The position numbers were made by a program, and so were the translations under genes. A stretch of 63,706 bases of DNA, the filler included, from Asterionella formosa (lineage: Eukaryota), in the NCBI GenBank assembly GCA_002256025.1. It is 28 parts of 28 records of this genome, joined end to end, with 100 filler letters (N's around TTAATTAATTAA, not from the genome) between each part and the next. Parts side by side here need not be neighbours in the genome. Positions count along the whole stretch, not along the records: positions 16,095 to 32,968 come from NKIB01004696.1; positions 33,069 to 49,936 come from NKIB01004697.1; 26 more parts are not named here. The stretch is one strand, 5' to 3'. Position 1 is the first letter of the stretch; each line of letters begins with the position of its first letter. Below, one piece after another: positions 24,649 through 38,700 of this stretch. The notes below the pieces were generated by a model. It saw nothing but the letters and a program-made list of their open reading frames with translations. It did no database searches and had not been told where the DNA came from.

Positions 24649-27600
24649 TGAAGTATCTAACTAGAAGTAGTACTAGTATTTGTTGAATGTATGAGCTTAT
24701 TTGTTAATCCTTGTGTGTAACTCGTTCTCTAAGTCGACACCAAAGTATACAATATAAGGGTTAGTCGAGTTCTCTCATTATGGAGTTCTGATATATATGA
24801 TATAACACGAACCGTATATACATCTGTATTGATGTGCAAGATCGCTCACTCTCCCACACCAAGGGAAAACCTTTTACCTTTGAAAAGGTTTGATGTAATG
24901 AATGTTAATTCGTTCCGTACTATGCATGGTTTGTTGAAAAGTAACCGTACCATTGGTATATATGGTTGAATAATAGAATAAGGACCTCATCCATGGTCAT
25001 CCAAGGTATTAATAGAATCCAATAGGATTAAAATCTCACCAACTGTGTAATCGCAAGAACGACGACGGAAATTATCACGACGTAGACATTTGTCAATCAT
25101 CACTTGTCGACCTTGATATCCCAATATCAATTGCATATCTGTAATCAAAGGAATATTTAATATCATATCATGTTGGAAAACCCAGCCATATTCCTGGTGA
25201 AATAAACAATGTACTGGGGGGGGGGGGGATTAAATACGCAATTTCCTATAAATAGTAGCTCGAGCTGCATACATGTTGGAAAACCCAGCCATATTACTGG
25301 TGAAATACGCAATGTACTATAAATAGTAGCTCGAGCTGCATATGATGCATCTGCAAAACATGTATCCACGATATTCTGAGCTTGAAGTTCCTTGATTGGA
25401 GGATGAGCCTTTAACATAACTCGTAGACTATTACTGATAGATTGATGTAAACGTTCACGGATAGCAGTTGTTGATGGATTCTTGACTGCAACAATCCCAA
25501 TTTTAATTCCATTCAAAGCTAACATGTGTATGAAAGGAATACCAGTAAATTGACCTCCATTGTAATGTATACAACCTTTTGGACGGAGATATCTGTCTAA
25601 ACAATCCTTTTCAAATTTCACCGCAACATATTCTGATGTCTTATTATTGATTTGTGAAATTTCTGGTAAATTGGTGACTGTGATAACTCAAGTTGGAGCA
25701 CGAAATTCAATCGCTTGTGCAGCCACTGTTATCTTCCATGGAACAATGAAATCCATTGTGATTTCTGATCATTGTAGAAACAATGCATTCCTTGGTGGAA
25801 GTTCACCAAAAACCAGCACCAGGTAATTTTGTACGTTTTGACATGTTTCATATATGCTTGCTATATGTTTCACTCTTGCCTTAAAAAGTATTTCATCTTG
25901 TCATACCCACATGAGCTAATATCTGATGATACCAATTAATAATAGGATCCAATGATAGTAATGTTGGAATAACAATACGTCAAGTATCTCCTGGATTCTT
26001 CACAAAGCATATTAAATGTATATCATGAAAATTGATAAAGGGAAATTTTAACGGATGTGTTTGTTGATTGAGAATGAGATGTTTGGTTAGATTGAGAATC
26101 AATTGTATATCCAGCAATTGTCTATCATGTATTGAATTATAATCCAGAGGATATTGAATATTGTCTGCCAAGATTGGATGATTGAGGAGACAGGCAAACA
26201 GAGGTACATGTCATCTAATTCAATTGAGAAAATAGAAGTGGATGTTGATGCTGAAGGTTCGGCCCAACTAAATCAATTGATAAAGTAGAAGTGGATTTTG
26301 ATGCTGACGATTTCGGCCCAATATCATCCCCCACCAAAGACTCAAGCCTCGGGAGGCGAGAGATAGAATCTGTAATATTTGACCTTATCAGTACCTCTTC
26401 ATATCGTGAAAAGTAAGAAGATATTCTTCAGTATAAAGCCTCCACCGGAGAACACGTTGATTTTCTGTGTAGGGCAATGTAGATTAAAAAAAGATCAGTG
26501 TGAACATGTAGAACCGCATTCAATAAAATAGAGCGAAATTCTTTGAAAGTTTCTTAATTGAAAATCAGAAACATTAGTAAAAAATATGGAAAGGAAAATT
26601 ACGATCAGGATAGCTCATGAGTGTATCTGCAACTAACAATGCTTTCATTGATTCAAAAGCTTGTTGATGTATGCATAGGTAACCATACAAATGGACCAGT
26701 TCCATGTAAATACTTTTTTAATTTTGAAGACCAAAATTTGAAGTCGGTTGGAGTTTATCGATATCCCAATAAGCCAGTTTCTTCATTAGGCCATTTCATT
26801 CGGAATTGCACTGGATGACTTGTGGTTAAATACATTTATTTCAGCCATAACAGCAGCTTTCCGTATCTGTATAGTTAGCAGCTTTAATACTCCATGTGTG
26901 AATATAATCCTCGATAGATGTATCAAAATAGAATAATCCATCATGTAAATGTTCTGTATCATTGTAGAAATCAATGACATGCAGAAAAACACTGATATAT
27001 CCACCACATAGGACATATTATTTTGTACAAAATCCATCATAAATTATCCAGCTGGACAAAATGAGCAAACTCGCAGAATTTACTAAGACCAGGTACTTTT
27101 GTTGCAGGATACAAGCTGACGGATTAAATTTTGGGAGCATCATGCATGTTTTATGAAAGAGTACTGGCAAAGGAAGAAAAGATGGGATCATACCTGCTAT
27201 GCATGGTATATATTAATTATAAATGTTCGATTTACAACGAAATGTCCTTAAGTGAAATCCTTTCATAAGTTAAAGATCAGGACCCACCGCGATCAAGTAA
27301 TATTCATCTTATGTCATGTATATACAACGCAGCCACCAATCCTTGGGTCGTTAATGACATAGGAATGAAATGCAATTTAGCTTAGTATGCATTCTTAGGG
27401 AAAGAAAGAATGAGACCGGAATCAGGCCTTGAGATGTGCATATGGAATGATATATTGAATCTACATTTGCATTTTAAAATATCCTGCGTTACAATAGCGG
27501 TGATATCCAACCTGTAATTATCCTGCAAATAACCAAAGTTATTCAGGTAATGATTGATGTAAGACATATTCAATGTGCTGTCGCTCATAAATATATATAT

Positions 27601-27963
27601 ATGTATGTATATTATTAAAATCAAAGCATTGTTGCTATTGTCGTACAAACTTCTGTTAAGGCGATCTGTTCAGCATTCTGCTGGTTTTTCAGGCACATCG
27701 GCCACTAACTGACCGACAGGATTCATGACCACTAAAATTTCCTGGGCAGATTCATGAAAGTTGGCAGGTATGGCCCTTGGCACAGTACCCTAAACAGACA
27801 TCATCATAGGGTTAACCCATGGATTTGCTTGTATAAAACATGCACAGAAGAAAAGCATGAATAGGGTTAGCTGTGTTAGTATGATAATTTGCTCCGCATA
27901 GAATTTCTACACCAGAGGAACATGAACAGGAAAAGGGTTAGTAGTGTTAGTAATGTTAACTCA
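24649..27963 (-). mobile_element. Degenerate Ty3/Gypsy element (RT-RNase H-integrase, 3' LTR 24649-24848), interrupted at 27964 by a Copia
   Basis: Remnants EETGLLGY, QAFESMKALL, ETFKEFRSIL, QRVLRWRLYTEEY, RYLRPKGCIHYNGGQF and KNP...ERLHQ in Gypsy order; PPT plus LTR; 27880-27960 matches the gag-side remnant at 47895-47990. Confidence 0.85.
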
Positions 27964-30900
27964 TGTCAAGAATATTAGCCCGAGTCACATGGATTGTGGA
28001 TTCGCTTGTAATCAAACGAGTCGAATAATGCATTGCCACGTCAATCAGCTGTCTAACGAGATCAAAGATTGAAGATTTCTATGGAAATGTTAAGTGGAAA
28101 ATCGAGGAGAGTCTTTGAACGGCTTTGCAGGAAGCAAAGATGCATGGAAAGGAAACATTTAGTTTAGCTTATAATTTAATTTGAGTTTTAGATTATCAAC
28201 CGAGGAAACAGTGTGTTAATTGACAGGAAGGTCAATAAGTCTATCTAGCAGGAAGGCTGGAAGCAGGGACAAGAAGAGAGAAAGTAAGAGGTACTAGGTA
28301 GTACTACGATCACGTAAGAGTCTACGTGAAGAGAGACCCAGCTCGCAGGAAGGAGTACGGACCATTTCAACACGCTTTAAAGCGGATAGGTTTGAAAGGG
28401 TACTCAAGATGGGAATTGACGACGAATCGTCAGGAGTGCGGTTGCCAACATTTGATGGTAACGATGCCAAGTGGCACATTTGGAAAGCGAAGTTTGTGGC
28501 CTATGCCTGCTACAAAGGTTTTGAAGGAATCCTAAATTGAGATGAAGTATCACCAGGTGAGAGAGATTCAGCTGGAGTGAAGATTGTTCCGAGCGACAAC
28601 GATGAGAAGCGTGCGAAACGAAATAATACGGTTGCATATGCAAGTTTGATTATGGCATGTCAGAGTGGACCATTTGGATACGTAAATGCTGCCAGAAGTG
28701 AAGAGTTCCCCAATGGAAATGCGAAGGAAGCGTGGGACAAGTTAGTTTCTACGTGCGAGTCAAGTAATATGGCAAATGTGATTGCCTTGTCAGGTCAGTG
28801 GACAAAATGCACGATTAACGAGAATGAGAACCCCGACATTTGGTTTGTGGAGTTGGATAGAATTCGAGAACGATTGAGCCGTACGAGCTCCGCAATTTCG
28901 GATGGTGCCTATGTGGCTCACGTTGTCAACAACCTACCGGAAGTCTACAAGAGTTTGGTGGTTGGAAAATTTGGTCTCGCGAGCTCCGAGCTCACGATCC
29001 AAGAGGTCAAGAAGAATGTACGCGACTACCGGTATTATTACAATTTGTATGTGCGTGACAAAACCAAGACAAGTAAGAATAGCGAGCAGGCCTAGCGAGC
29101 AGGCCTTCTTTTCAAAAAGCAAGTTTAATGGAGACTGCAGGAAGTGTGGCAAGTATGGCCACAAGGCAGTTGATTGCCGAAGCAAGGGCAATACTACAGA
29201 AAAGAGAGAATTAACTCCCGAGCAACGGAATAAGAGAAAGAATGCGAAGTGTTATAATTGCCAGAAGATGGGGCACTATGCCAGTGAGTTCAACAATCAA
29301 CAAAATGTACCAATCAAACAGAAGGGAGAAGACGCCAACACCACTACGCAAGGAATGTTCGTGGTGACGTGTATTGAGGCAAGGTACAACGAAGAGGTAA
29401 ATCATACGTGCATGCATAAGGACCATTGGCTACTAGATAGTGGTGCTACGGTACATATATGCAATGATGAGCGCATCATGGAGGACAAGCGCGCAGTGCA
29501 TGAAACTGTTCTTGTGGGAAATGGCGCAGCAATTGTTGCGACCGTATCAGGCACGGTGACCCTTACGACGACAGACAAAGGAAAAGTGTTGAAACTCACC
29601 AATGTGCTCTATGCACCGGAGTTCACGCAGAGCATCATCAGCATTTCGAGAATTATTGACAAGGGAATCAAAGTTATGTTTGACGATGATAAGATGACAA
29701 TCAGAAACAACAACGGATTTTTGATCTGCAAACGTGATGAAACGAGGACAATTGGTGCAATGTACCATGTGCAAGGAACGCCTATTCTAAAGGAAATGGT
29801 GTTGGAGGTTGAACAAGAAAGCGAGAAGCCAACACAACAATCTATCGACTATGATAAAGAAGACAAGAATGAATGGACGAAAGTCGACGAAAAGAAGTAA
29901 ACGACGAAAGCGAAAGATGAAACGATCAAGAAAAGAAACGCGAACGAATATAATGATGTGATTGTGGAAATAAATGAAGCGCACGAAATGCTTGGACATG
30001 TGGGGGAAAAATGTCTTCGTGAGACATCGAAATTATTTGGGTGGAAACTTGTTGGAAATTTAAAGGTGTGCGCAGGATGCACAGCAGCCAAGGCGAAAGC
30101 ACGCGCAGTACCCAAGATGACGCAAGAGAAGGCTACGACACCAGGAGAAAGACTGTCTATTGATATTAGCGGACCCTACTCAAAATCCGCTGTGGGAAAT
30201 CAGTATTGGGTGATGGCCGTGGACGATTATACAAGGAAACGCTGGAGTTATTTTATCAAGAAGAAAAGTGACATCAGAACTGTCATTGGAGCGTTACTCA
30301 CAAAACTTGCCGGTGCAGGACATAAGACTAAATTTTTCCGATGTGATGATGCAGGTGAGAACTCCAAGCCACTAAAGAAAGTATGTGAAAACCAAGGTGT
30401 CAAGATGGAATTTACGGCACCTCATACTCCGCAGCACAATGGTGTTGTGGAGCGTGGTTTTGTTACAGTGCGTCAGAGAGCACTTGGTATGATGCTAAGT
30501 GCGAAGTTTACAGATGAATATCAGGGGCTATTGTGGGCAGAAGCTGTACATACTGCGACAAGATTGACAAACAGTACAGTGAATTCAGTGACTTAGAAGA
30601 GTCCTGATGATGTGTTCTATGGAGAAACGAATACAAGGCGGCCCTACAAGCTCTACAGGCAATTTGGACGTGTTGGTTGGGTTACTATAAGAGAAGGTGT
30701 CAAGAAATTAGATGCACGTTCCATCAAGTGTGTCTTTTTGGGATACTCAGATGACCACTCTCAAGATACGTATTGCATGTATAATCACGAGACAAATACA
30801 TAAAACCAGTCATCAAGCAACCAACAGGATACGGAGATATCAGTACGAGAAGATAATGAAGAATTGCATGACGATTTTTATGACAAGTTCGAACCTCGAG

Positions 30901-32968
30901 AAGTGTCCGATAATGAAGATGAAGATGATGACAAGCAAGAATTGGGGAGGAAAACTGAACAATCAACTAAGATAGATGGTACTACGAAATACGAAGATAC
31001 AGGTACCAATACCCCAATTGTGAAGGCTAAACGTGCGGAAAGTGCTCAGTCTAAGCAAGCGAAGTTGGCACGTGAAATGCGAAGATTGGACTCATCGTTC
31101 AATCCTACGAGTACGAAAATTGTGAAATTTTCAGGAGATACTGAGATGCCTGGTGTTATCAAGGAGGATGACATGAAGGAAGTTACAAAGAATACACAGA
31201 TGAATCTTGTGTACAACGCAAGTCTGGCTTCTGATCTAGGATTGCCAACAAGCTACAATGAAGCAATGGCAAGACCAGACAAGAAAGAGTGGATCAAGGC
31301 GATCAACAAAGAATATGAAAACTTCCAGTCGAGAGGAGTGTGGAAAGTTGTCAAGCGTGACACTGTTAAAAAGCGAACACTAAAAACGAGATGGGTGTTT
31401 CGAATTAAAGAAGATGTGGTAACCGGGAAGAAAATTTACAAGGCAAGATTGGTCGTGAAGGGATATGAGCAAATCCCAGGTATTGATTTTACTGAGACAT
31501 TTGCTCCAGTCGCAAGCGATGCGACAATCAAAACGGTAGTAGCAGTGACGATGTATAACGGTTGGCGAGCAGAGGCTATAGATGTGGAAGCAGCATTTCT
31601 AAATGCTGATGTCGATGAGAACATTTAAATTGAGCCCCCTCAAGCTTTGATCAGAGTCGATTCCGATACACATGTTTGCAAACTTGTGAAGGCTACGTAA
31701 GGGATAGTACAAGCTCCACAATGCTGGTCCAGGACGTTTGCGAAATGTGTCACCAATAAACCAGGTATGACAAAGAGCAAGATCGACCCTATGTTATTTA
31801 TGCACCGAAACAAGGATGGACAAATTGATGGTCTACTTGTTAATTACGTGGTTGACGGTATTGTATGTGGGACTCCAAGTGCAGTGGAGTATATGAAAAA
31901 TGTTATCAAGGAAGATTTCAATATTACCAAGCAGGGTATTGTACAGAAACACCTAGGAGTGGAATATGCTTGGAAAGAGGACAAGTATGGTGAATACTGG
32001 GAGGTGCAGATGCAGAAATTTCGTATGCAACTTCTACACGAATACGAGAAGCTGACCGGTATGAAAATTCAGTCATACACAACGCCGGGCGTACCAGGAA
32101 AGACATTGAACAAAAATGACGAAAAAGTCATTATGGAAGGAGAATATCGAAAAATTGTGGGCAAGTTATTATGGTCTACAAAGAAGGATTCGCCGGACTG
32201 TGCAAATGCGGTTCGGGAATTATCGGCTCATTTAAGCTGCCCAGGTATTTAAGCTGCCCAGGTGAAGAACAATGGCATACAGTGGCAAGAGTCATTGGTT
32301 ACCTATCCAATATGGAGGATAGAGTTCTCAAGTTACGTAAGCCAAAAGAGTTAAGAGTCATTGCCTACATGGACAGTGACTCGGCTGCTAATAAGGTTAA
32401 CAGGAAGAGCGCGACTGGCTATCTTGTAACTATTGGCGGGGCACTTATCAGTTGGCAGTCGAAGGGACAACAAACGGTTACGCTGTCCAGCACGGAAGCC
32501 GAGTATGTGGCGATGTCCCAGTGTGGACAAGAGATCAAGTTCATAGCAATGCTACTGAATGAGGTTACTGGTGGTAAGGTCATGTTACCAAGTATCCTAC
32601 GAGAAGACAATACAGGAGCTATTTTTATCGCGAAGAATCAGCAAATCGGAACCAGGACAAAACACATTGATAATAAGTATCATCATGTAAAGGACATGAT
32701 TGAGGATGAAGAATTGAGGTCGGAAGATAATTTTGCGGACATTATGACCAAGAACGTGAAGGAACAGATTCATACGAGATTGTCCGAACCAGTTCAGAGT
32801 GGAACGATGTTACAGCCTCTTGAGCGTGGCAATGGGGAGGATGTCAAGAATATTAGCCCGAGTCACAAGGATTGTGGACTCGATTGTAATCGAACGAGTC
32901 GAATATTGTATTGCCACGTCAATCAGCTGTCTAACGAGATCAGAGATTGAAGATTTCTATGGAAATGT
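27964..32968 (+). mobile_element. Near full-length, inactivated Ty1/copia retrotransposon (gag-PR-IN-RT-RH)
   Basis: 5' LTR from 27964 (end inferred at 28372); gag ATG 28409 (PTFDGNDAKWHIWKAKF); CCHC knuckles; WLLDSGAT; HEMLGH..CAGC; integrase DISGP/RCDDAGE/NGVVER; RT KARLVVKG; RNase H; PPT GGGGAGGA; 3' LTR from 32842 to contig end. Several stops and frameshifts. Confidence 0.96.
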
Positions 32969-33068
32969 NNNNNNNNNNNNNNNNNNNNNNNNNNNNNNNN
33001 NNNNNNNNNNNNTTAATTAATTAANNNNNNNNNNNNNNNNNNNNNNNNNNNNNNNNNNNNNNNNNNNN

Positions 33069-33630
33069 TGGCGCGCGGAAAAGGCCAAAAGGAAAGGCAC
33101 ACATCATGTGCCACCGATGCCAAAAGAAGGGGCACTACGCTACGGAATGCGAGGAGCCTGCACCTGTCCCTAGGAATTTGACCACCAGTACTCCTTCCAC
33201 AGCTGAAACGACATCAACCCAGTCCGCCACCACACTACTAATGGATGGTGTGCATGAGGGAGAATTCAAGGAAAATGTACACTTCCAATTTCTAAATCAA
33301 GGAGGAGTGAGTCTGAAAATTGGGCCCGATGGAAGGCTACCACATACATGTATACTATTAGACAATCAGTCAACAGTTGATGTGTTCCAAAACGCGGAAC
33401 TCCTACGCAACATCCGTGTACACACCAGTAAGATGGATATCCACTGCAACGCTGGTATAATCAGCACCCAACTCATAGGAGACCTTCATGGATATGGAAC
33501 AGTATGGTACAACCCAAAGGGAATCGCGAACATCCTGTCCCTCGCACATGTCAAGGAGCATGGATACAGGGTAACATTTGATAGCAGCCAGGGCAATGCA
33601 TTCCATGTTCACAAACCTGACGGAACCTAT
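33069..33630 (+). mobile_element. CoDi-like copia gag knuckle plus protease fragment
   Basis: CHRCQKKGHYATEC, ILLDNQSTVDVF, VWYNPKGIANILSL; cut at 33630 by a LINE fragment. Confidence 0.85.
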
Positions 33631-34084
33631 ATTCCAGATCTAAATTTATTCACGACATAGGACATGTAAATTTCCTGGCATTTACGCATAGACCATATCT
33701 CTTCCCATGCTTTGCTCCTTGATGAGTGATTTTGTGGGCACCTGACAACATGATTGAAGTCCTCGTTGAAACGAGCACACCTTGGACACTGGCCATCATT
33801 GTGTTTCTAATACTTCCTCCGTTGTTTCATTGTTGCAAACAAATCGAATTCCAGTTTGAAAAGCATCATCGGTTGCGAAATGCCAGTTATCCGTGCTCCT
33901 GCTCAATGTCTTGCCAGCCAATCCACCATTTCGAAGATTCTCTTGGTATCCCATCCATTCCAAGCGCATATATGTTGTTCTAAAGATCCCTGATAACTAG
34001 CTTCTCGTATTTGCATTGACACGTGTCCTGTGATCCACTGACCTTGAACAAACAAAGTTGCTCTGTGTCTTGGAGGTAGAATAT
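33631..34084 (-). repeat. 454-bp near-identical copy of LINE segment 37423-37876
   Basis: Direct alignment at offset 3792 with a few substitutions. Confidence 0.9.
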
Positions 34085-36926
34085 ACTTCTTTGTAACATC
34101 GCTTTTACACAAGTTTGTTATTTGTGTTACAGGTACATACTATACAATCTACACCTCCAAAAAGACTGGGACCTTAACAACTTTCACTGATCTATATTTG
34201 TACAAAAATTCATTTACTTGTTCAGTCTCTGTAGAATTTGATCTCTTATCAAAGAATACTGGCCTATAGCTATGAATGATGCACAGACCTTAAAAGGTTG
34301 AAAAATGTGAATTAATTATGAATTGGCACCAGAATGATAGAGTTCCCATTTCAACAAACTATAATGATATTTCAATTTTTTTCTATATTTATGTTGCTTT
34401 TTGTTGACATGAATTGCTCAATGCCAAAACACAAAAAGAAAGAAAGAGTACACCAATATGTATGCTAGCTACTTGCTTGTGTTCATATATGTTGAGATTG
34501 AATGTATGTTGGTGTATGGTGTATGTAGTTTGAATATTACTGATGGTACTCCTCTCCATCATGGCGAATAAGTTTGCTTCCCAGCAATTGCAATGAAAAT
34601 ATGAACAAATCCAACACTGCATCAGCCAGTCACAACATTGATGTATCCATGATTGACTTTGAGGTGGAATACGCTTTGATGACAACAGAACCACCACATG
34701 ACCCAAACAAAGATCAGATGAACGTTATGGACATGTCAATTAATGAAGAAAGCATTACTTTAGCCAGGAAACAGAAGTCAATTAACAACAAAAACCATAC
34801 AATGCAAACTGTCCGTGGTCCACCAATAGATAGAATCCATTTTTTGCATAAAAGTGTCGGTCAGGGGAGTTTGTGATCATTTCCCCAATGAGAAGTTTCT
34901 ATTTGCGTAAAAAACAAGCAGTCTATTGTTGAATGGCTTAAAGTATGTCTATAGTAAGCTGTCAAATGACCTTATCAACATTCCATAGAAATATGAACCA
35001 CGACAATTAGTTTGTACATGAAAGTTGCTACAAAACTGACGTTGAGGAATTTGTTGCATCTTGAAATGTTGTTCTTTCTCCAAGAATACTGTCGCTCAGG
35101 TTTTCTCATCTATTTCTACAAAACAAAGAAAAACTTATCTAGTCAAAGTTATCAAGCTAATCATCGCGGACTCAAAACTGTCGCTACTTTGGTCATAGTA
35201 GCTTCAAAACTGAGCAAATGACGACCAAAAACAACTTCCAGCGCCGATTTTTTTTTTGTTGTCAATACTAGTGCAAAAAATTTTATTATTGAACGATATT
35301 CTTTTCTAGGTTAGTCTACATAAATGTGCGAAATAGGAATCGCTCATTGTCAATATTCGTGAAGATATTCAACTCCATATTTTCGTCATGGTCAAGATGG
35401 AGTTGCTGTCTCATCAACCCATTCCACAGCAGGCAGCTGTACAAACACACATGCAAGTACTGGAAGTGCATACCCAGTAGTATGTATGCCAAGCATATGT
35501 ACCGGTAAAATGTAATGCTATATACGGAATGTAAGAAAGTATATACAAGGTCTGTTTCATGTATGATGTGTTCCATCTAGAAAACATAAGTACGCACATC
35601 TGATACATTATGCATCCGATTTCTCGACAAAATGTACAGCAGTACAATCATTTTTTTTTATTTTTCGATTTTCAATAAACTAAGTAAAAAGAGTCATTGA
35701 AAACAACTTAGTTAGGAAAAGTTTCTATCAATGATAGAAATTAATATTGATTTGCTACAAATTTAGTCAAAAAAAAGTTATCCCGAGTTCCCCTGACTAA
35801 CTCATTATGCATTTTCGGACACTTTTATGTAAAAAGTGTAATGGACCTTCACCAATACAATCTCAATGACAGCACGATGGCAGTAATGGATGCCTTTCCT
35901 ACAGTTTTTACAATGAGAAGAATTACAATGAACCAAACTCTATACTCCAGAACAGTCAGGCAATCATGAATATGAAGCCAAGATTTGAAAAGATTGATGA
36001 ACAGTCCTTAGCGACAACAGGAATGTCAACACAAGGTACACTACAGAAATACGACAAGGAATTGAAGCCCAGCACTCATAATACAAATAAGAGAAATGAT
36101 GCTGCATCCTTTAATGCTGTCTACAATGGAGAACTACAGTACAGGATTCCAGCAAGCATTTGCATTACCACAAGGAAGGAAAAACGAAACATATGAATCA
36201 TCAGGCAGAGAATATCCTGCTTTACTAGTGTTTTAAAATTGTTTTCAGAAGGAAGCTAGCTACAGATGATTCCATTCCAGCAATGAACACAATGCAACAC
36301 TAACTACGATGATTGAAAACAGACAAGGAATAAAATTCCAGATACCCTGATGAATGACGAGAAACACCAATTTGCCAGTCATAACAATTGGGATACAATT
36401 AGAGAAGCACCAATCACAGTATTTCACCAGCAACAATATGAGGACAGAAATCTGCCTACCCTCAAAAACAATGCAAAGATGATCATGGTACCAACATTGG
36501 TCATCAATGCAGAACAGGGGGTACCAACAGACACAAGGGACACAGTACTCGAGAACAATCACCACTTGGACAAGACAAGGAAACCAAAAAACAACATGAA
36601 TCAGGCCAGGATCATTGTCTGCTGATAAAAAGTATTGTACATAGAAGATCAGGGGTATCGTACAGTAACTGGCACAGAATTTTTCTGTCCATGATACGCA
36701 TTTTGTTATTTGTGTTACAGGTACATGATACTATATGATGTTGAAATAAATTTTTTAAAGTACGTTAAAAAAAACTAAGCTAATAATCGCACTCGTGCCT
36801 GGGGGACACAGAAAAAGAACGATGCACCATGTTATAATACCCGGTACCATGTCCTGGGATGTCGTCCGTCAAGGATTGCCCATCGAGGTGCTAGGCAGAG
36901 TTCAGCTCTACCTCCAATATCTTGAT

Positions 36927-37876
36927 CTAATCCTGGATTATTGGCCTGGATAGACGTTTTAACTTTCTTAATCCATAGTAGTTTTTGAGGTATGGTATGA
37001 TATGATTTGCGATTCTGACAAGGAAGTTGAAAGAGAAACTTGTCAGACAATGAGACTCTGTCCGCCTGGGAATACAGCTGTGTGATGATTCGATCAGCAT
37101 ATCGATCTGTTTGTCGTCTGTGACACCATAGAGGAACTGATTGCGTGATGTCCATTGCCCAATTCCAAAGTTCCAAAGTTTATTAATGAGCTTGCTAGTA
37201 GTCCATTGGTCATCGATAGTTGGGTTAGAATAGAGAAATCTTTCTTTACAATAAGACGCATTGGCCTTCCCCCATTTGACGCTAATACGGCCCCGTATTG
37301 CCTGGTCCCAACCTATGTCTTGTTGATCTATAAAGACCTCAAAGGTTGTATACCCTATGGTGTCGCTTGGAGGTGGAATATCACCCTCCCACCAAACTAT
37401 CCCTTCTGTGACCCACTTCTCAATTCCAGATCTAAATTTATTCACGACATAGGACATGTAAATTTCCCGGCATTTACGCATAGACCATATCTCTTTCCAT
37501 GCTTTGCTCCTTGATGAGTGATTTTGTGGGCACCTGACAACATGATTGAAGTCCTCGTTGAAACAAGTACACCTTGGACACCGGCCATCATTGTGTTTCT
37601 TATACTTCCTCCGTTGTTTCATTGTTGCAAACAAATCGAATTCCAGTTTGAAAAGCGTCATCGGTTGCGAAATGCCAGTTGTCCGTGCTCCTGCTCAATG
37701 TCTTGCCAGCCAATCCACCATTTCGAAGATTCTCTTGGTATCCCATCCATTCCAAGCGCATATATGTTGTTCTAAAGATCCCTGATAACTAGCTTCTCGT
37801 ATTTGCATTGACACGTGTCCTGTGATCCACTGACCTTGAACAAACAAAGTTGCTCTGTGTCTTGGAGGTAGAATAT
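36927..37876 (-). mobile_element. 5'-truncated non-LTR (LINE) ORF2 C-terminus
   Basis: WNGWD...VDW, then CPRC...EDFNHVVRC (CCHC, zf-RVT-like), QQDIGWDQAIRGRISVKW and WTSRNQFLYG; one internal stop. Confidence 0.75.
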
Positions 37877-38504
37877 CGATCACGTAAAGATGCCACTGAA
37901 TAAATGGATGATAACGAATTTTTTTGAAAGAAAAAATCTTCAAAAGTTTTGGTATATCTTGAGCAGCAGTGTATGGCGTGAATTCACTTGTCAATTTTTC
38001 ATCGAAATTGCTTTTCGCAATTTATATCTTTCTCATTTTTACTGTCTTCAGCAATCTTTTGACACGGGCAGACATTAGGACTTCCTTGGGTATGCTGTTG
38101 CATCCTCCATCCCATTGTTGTGCATGCAAATCTAGGATGGCTGATCGATATTGATTGAGTACACTATATCCAATTGGCTTGTCTGAAATCCAATCAGTGT
38201 TGGAAATTACAGATTCATAATCATCCTTTGAAAATTGTTCTTCCACAGGTTTACATTGACCTGGTCAGCCTCTGGGTCGCTGATGACGTCTTGATTGATA
38301 CCATAAAAAGCCAAAGAACTTTTCTTCTGTCACTGTTGTAGATGGGATGCCATCAACCTCGGACGGAAAGGCATAACGAGAAAAATCAAGGAATTCTGCC
38401 ATTTTTCTTCTATAGGCAAGAATGGTGTTTTCCGGACAACCAGCTTTATCGTCTGCTGCAACCTGTTTTGCTTGAGCTGCGAATTTTCCACTTGTGTATG
38501 ACAT
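37877..38504 (-). pseudogene. Crypton-like (Ndc10/GCR1-related tyrosine-recombinase element) N-terminal region, truncated
   Basis: Single frame with two stops: ENTILAYRRKMAEFLDF...VTEEKFFGFLWYQSRR...QYRSAILDLHAQQ...DEKLTSEFTPY. The catalytic domain is absent. Confidence 0.6.
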
Positions 38505-38700
38505 GCTTAGATTGGAATAAATGATATTGGTAATTTGGGAGGAGGTTGTATAGATTATGTGGTAACGAATTCAATTCAAATGAAGAAGGGATGAGACAGG
38601 CAAAGAAGAACAAGAGTTTGGTTTTGGTTGTAACAAGATGATGATAACAGCGAAATTACAAACATTCATGATCACTGCCTGTGTAAACGGTGCTACTTAT

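Noticed and set aside
29081..29106. Programmed gag-pol frameshift in the Copia
   Set aside because: Fully explained by a 13-bp tandem duplication.
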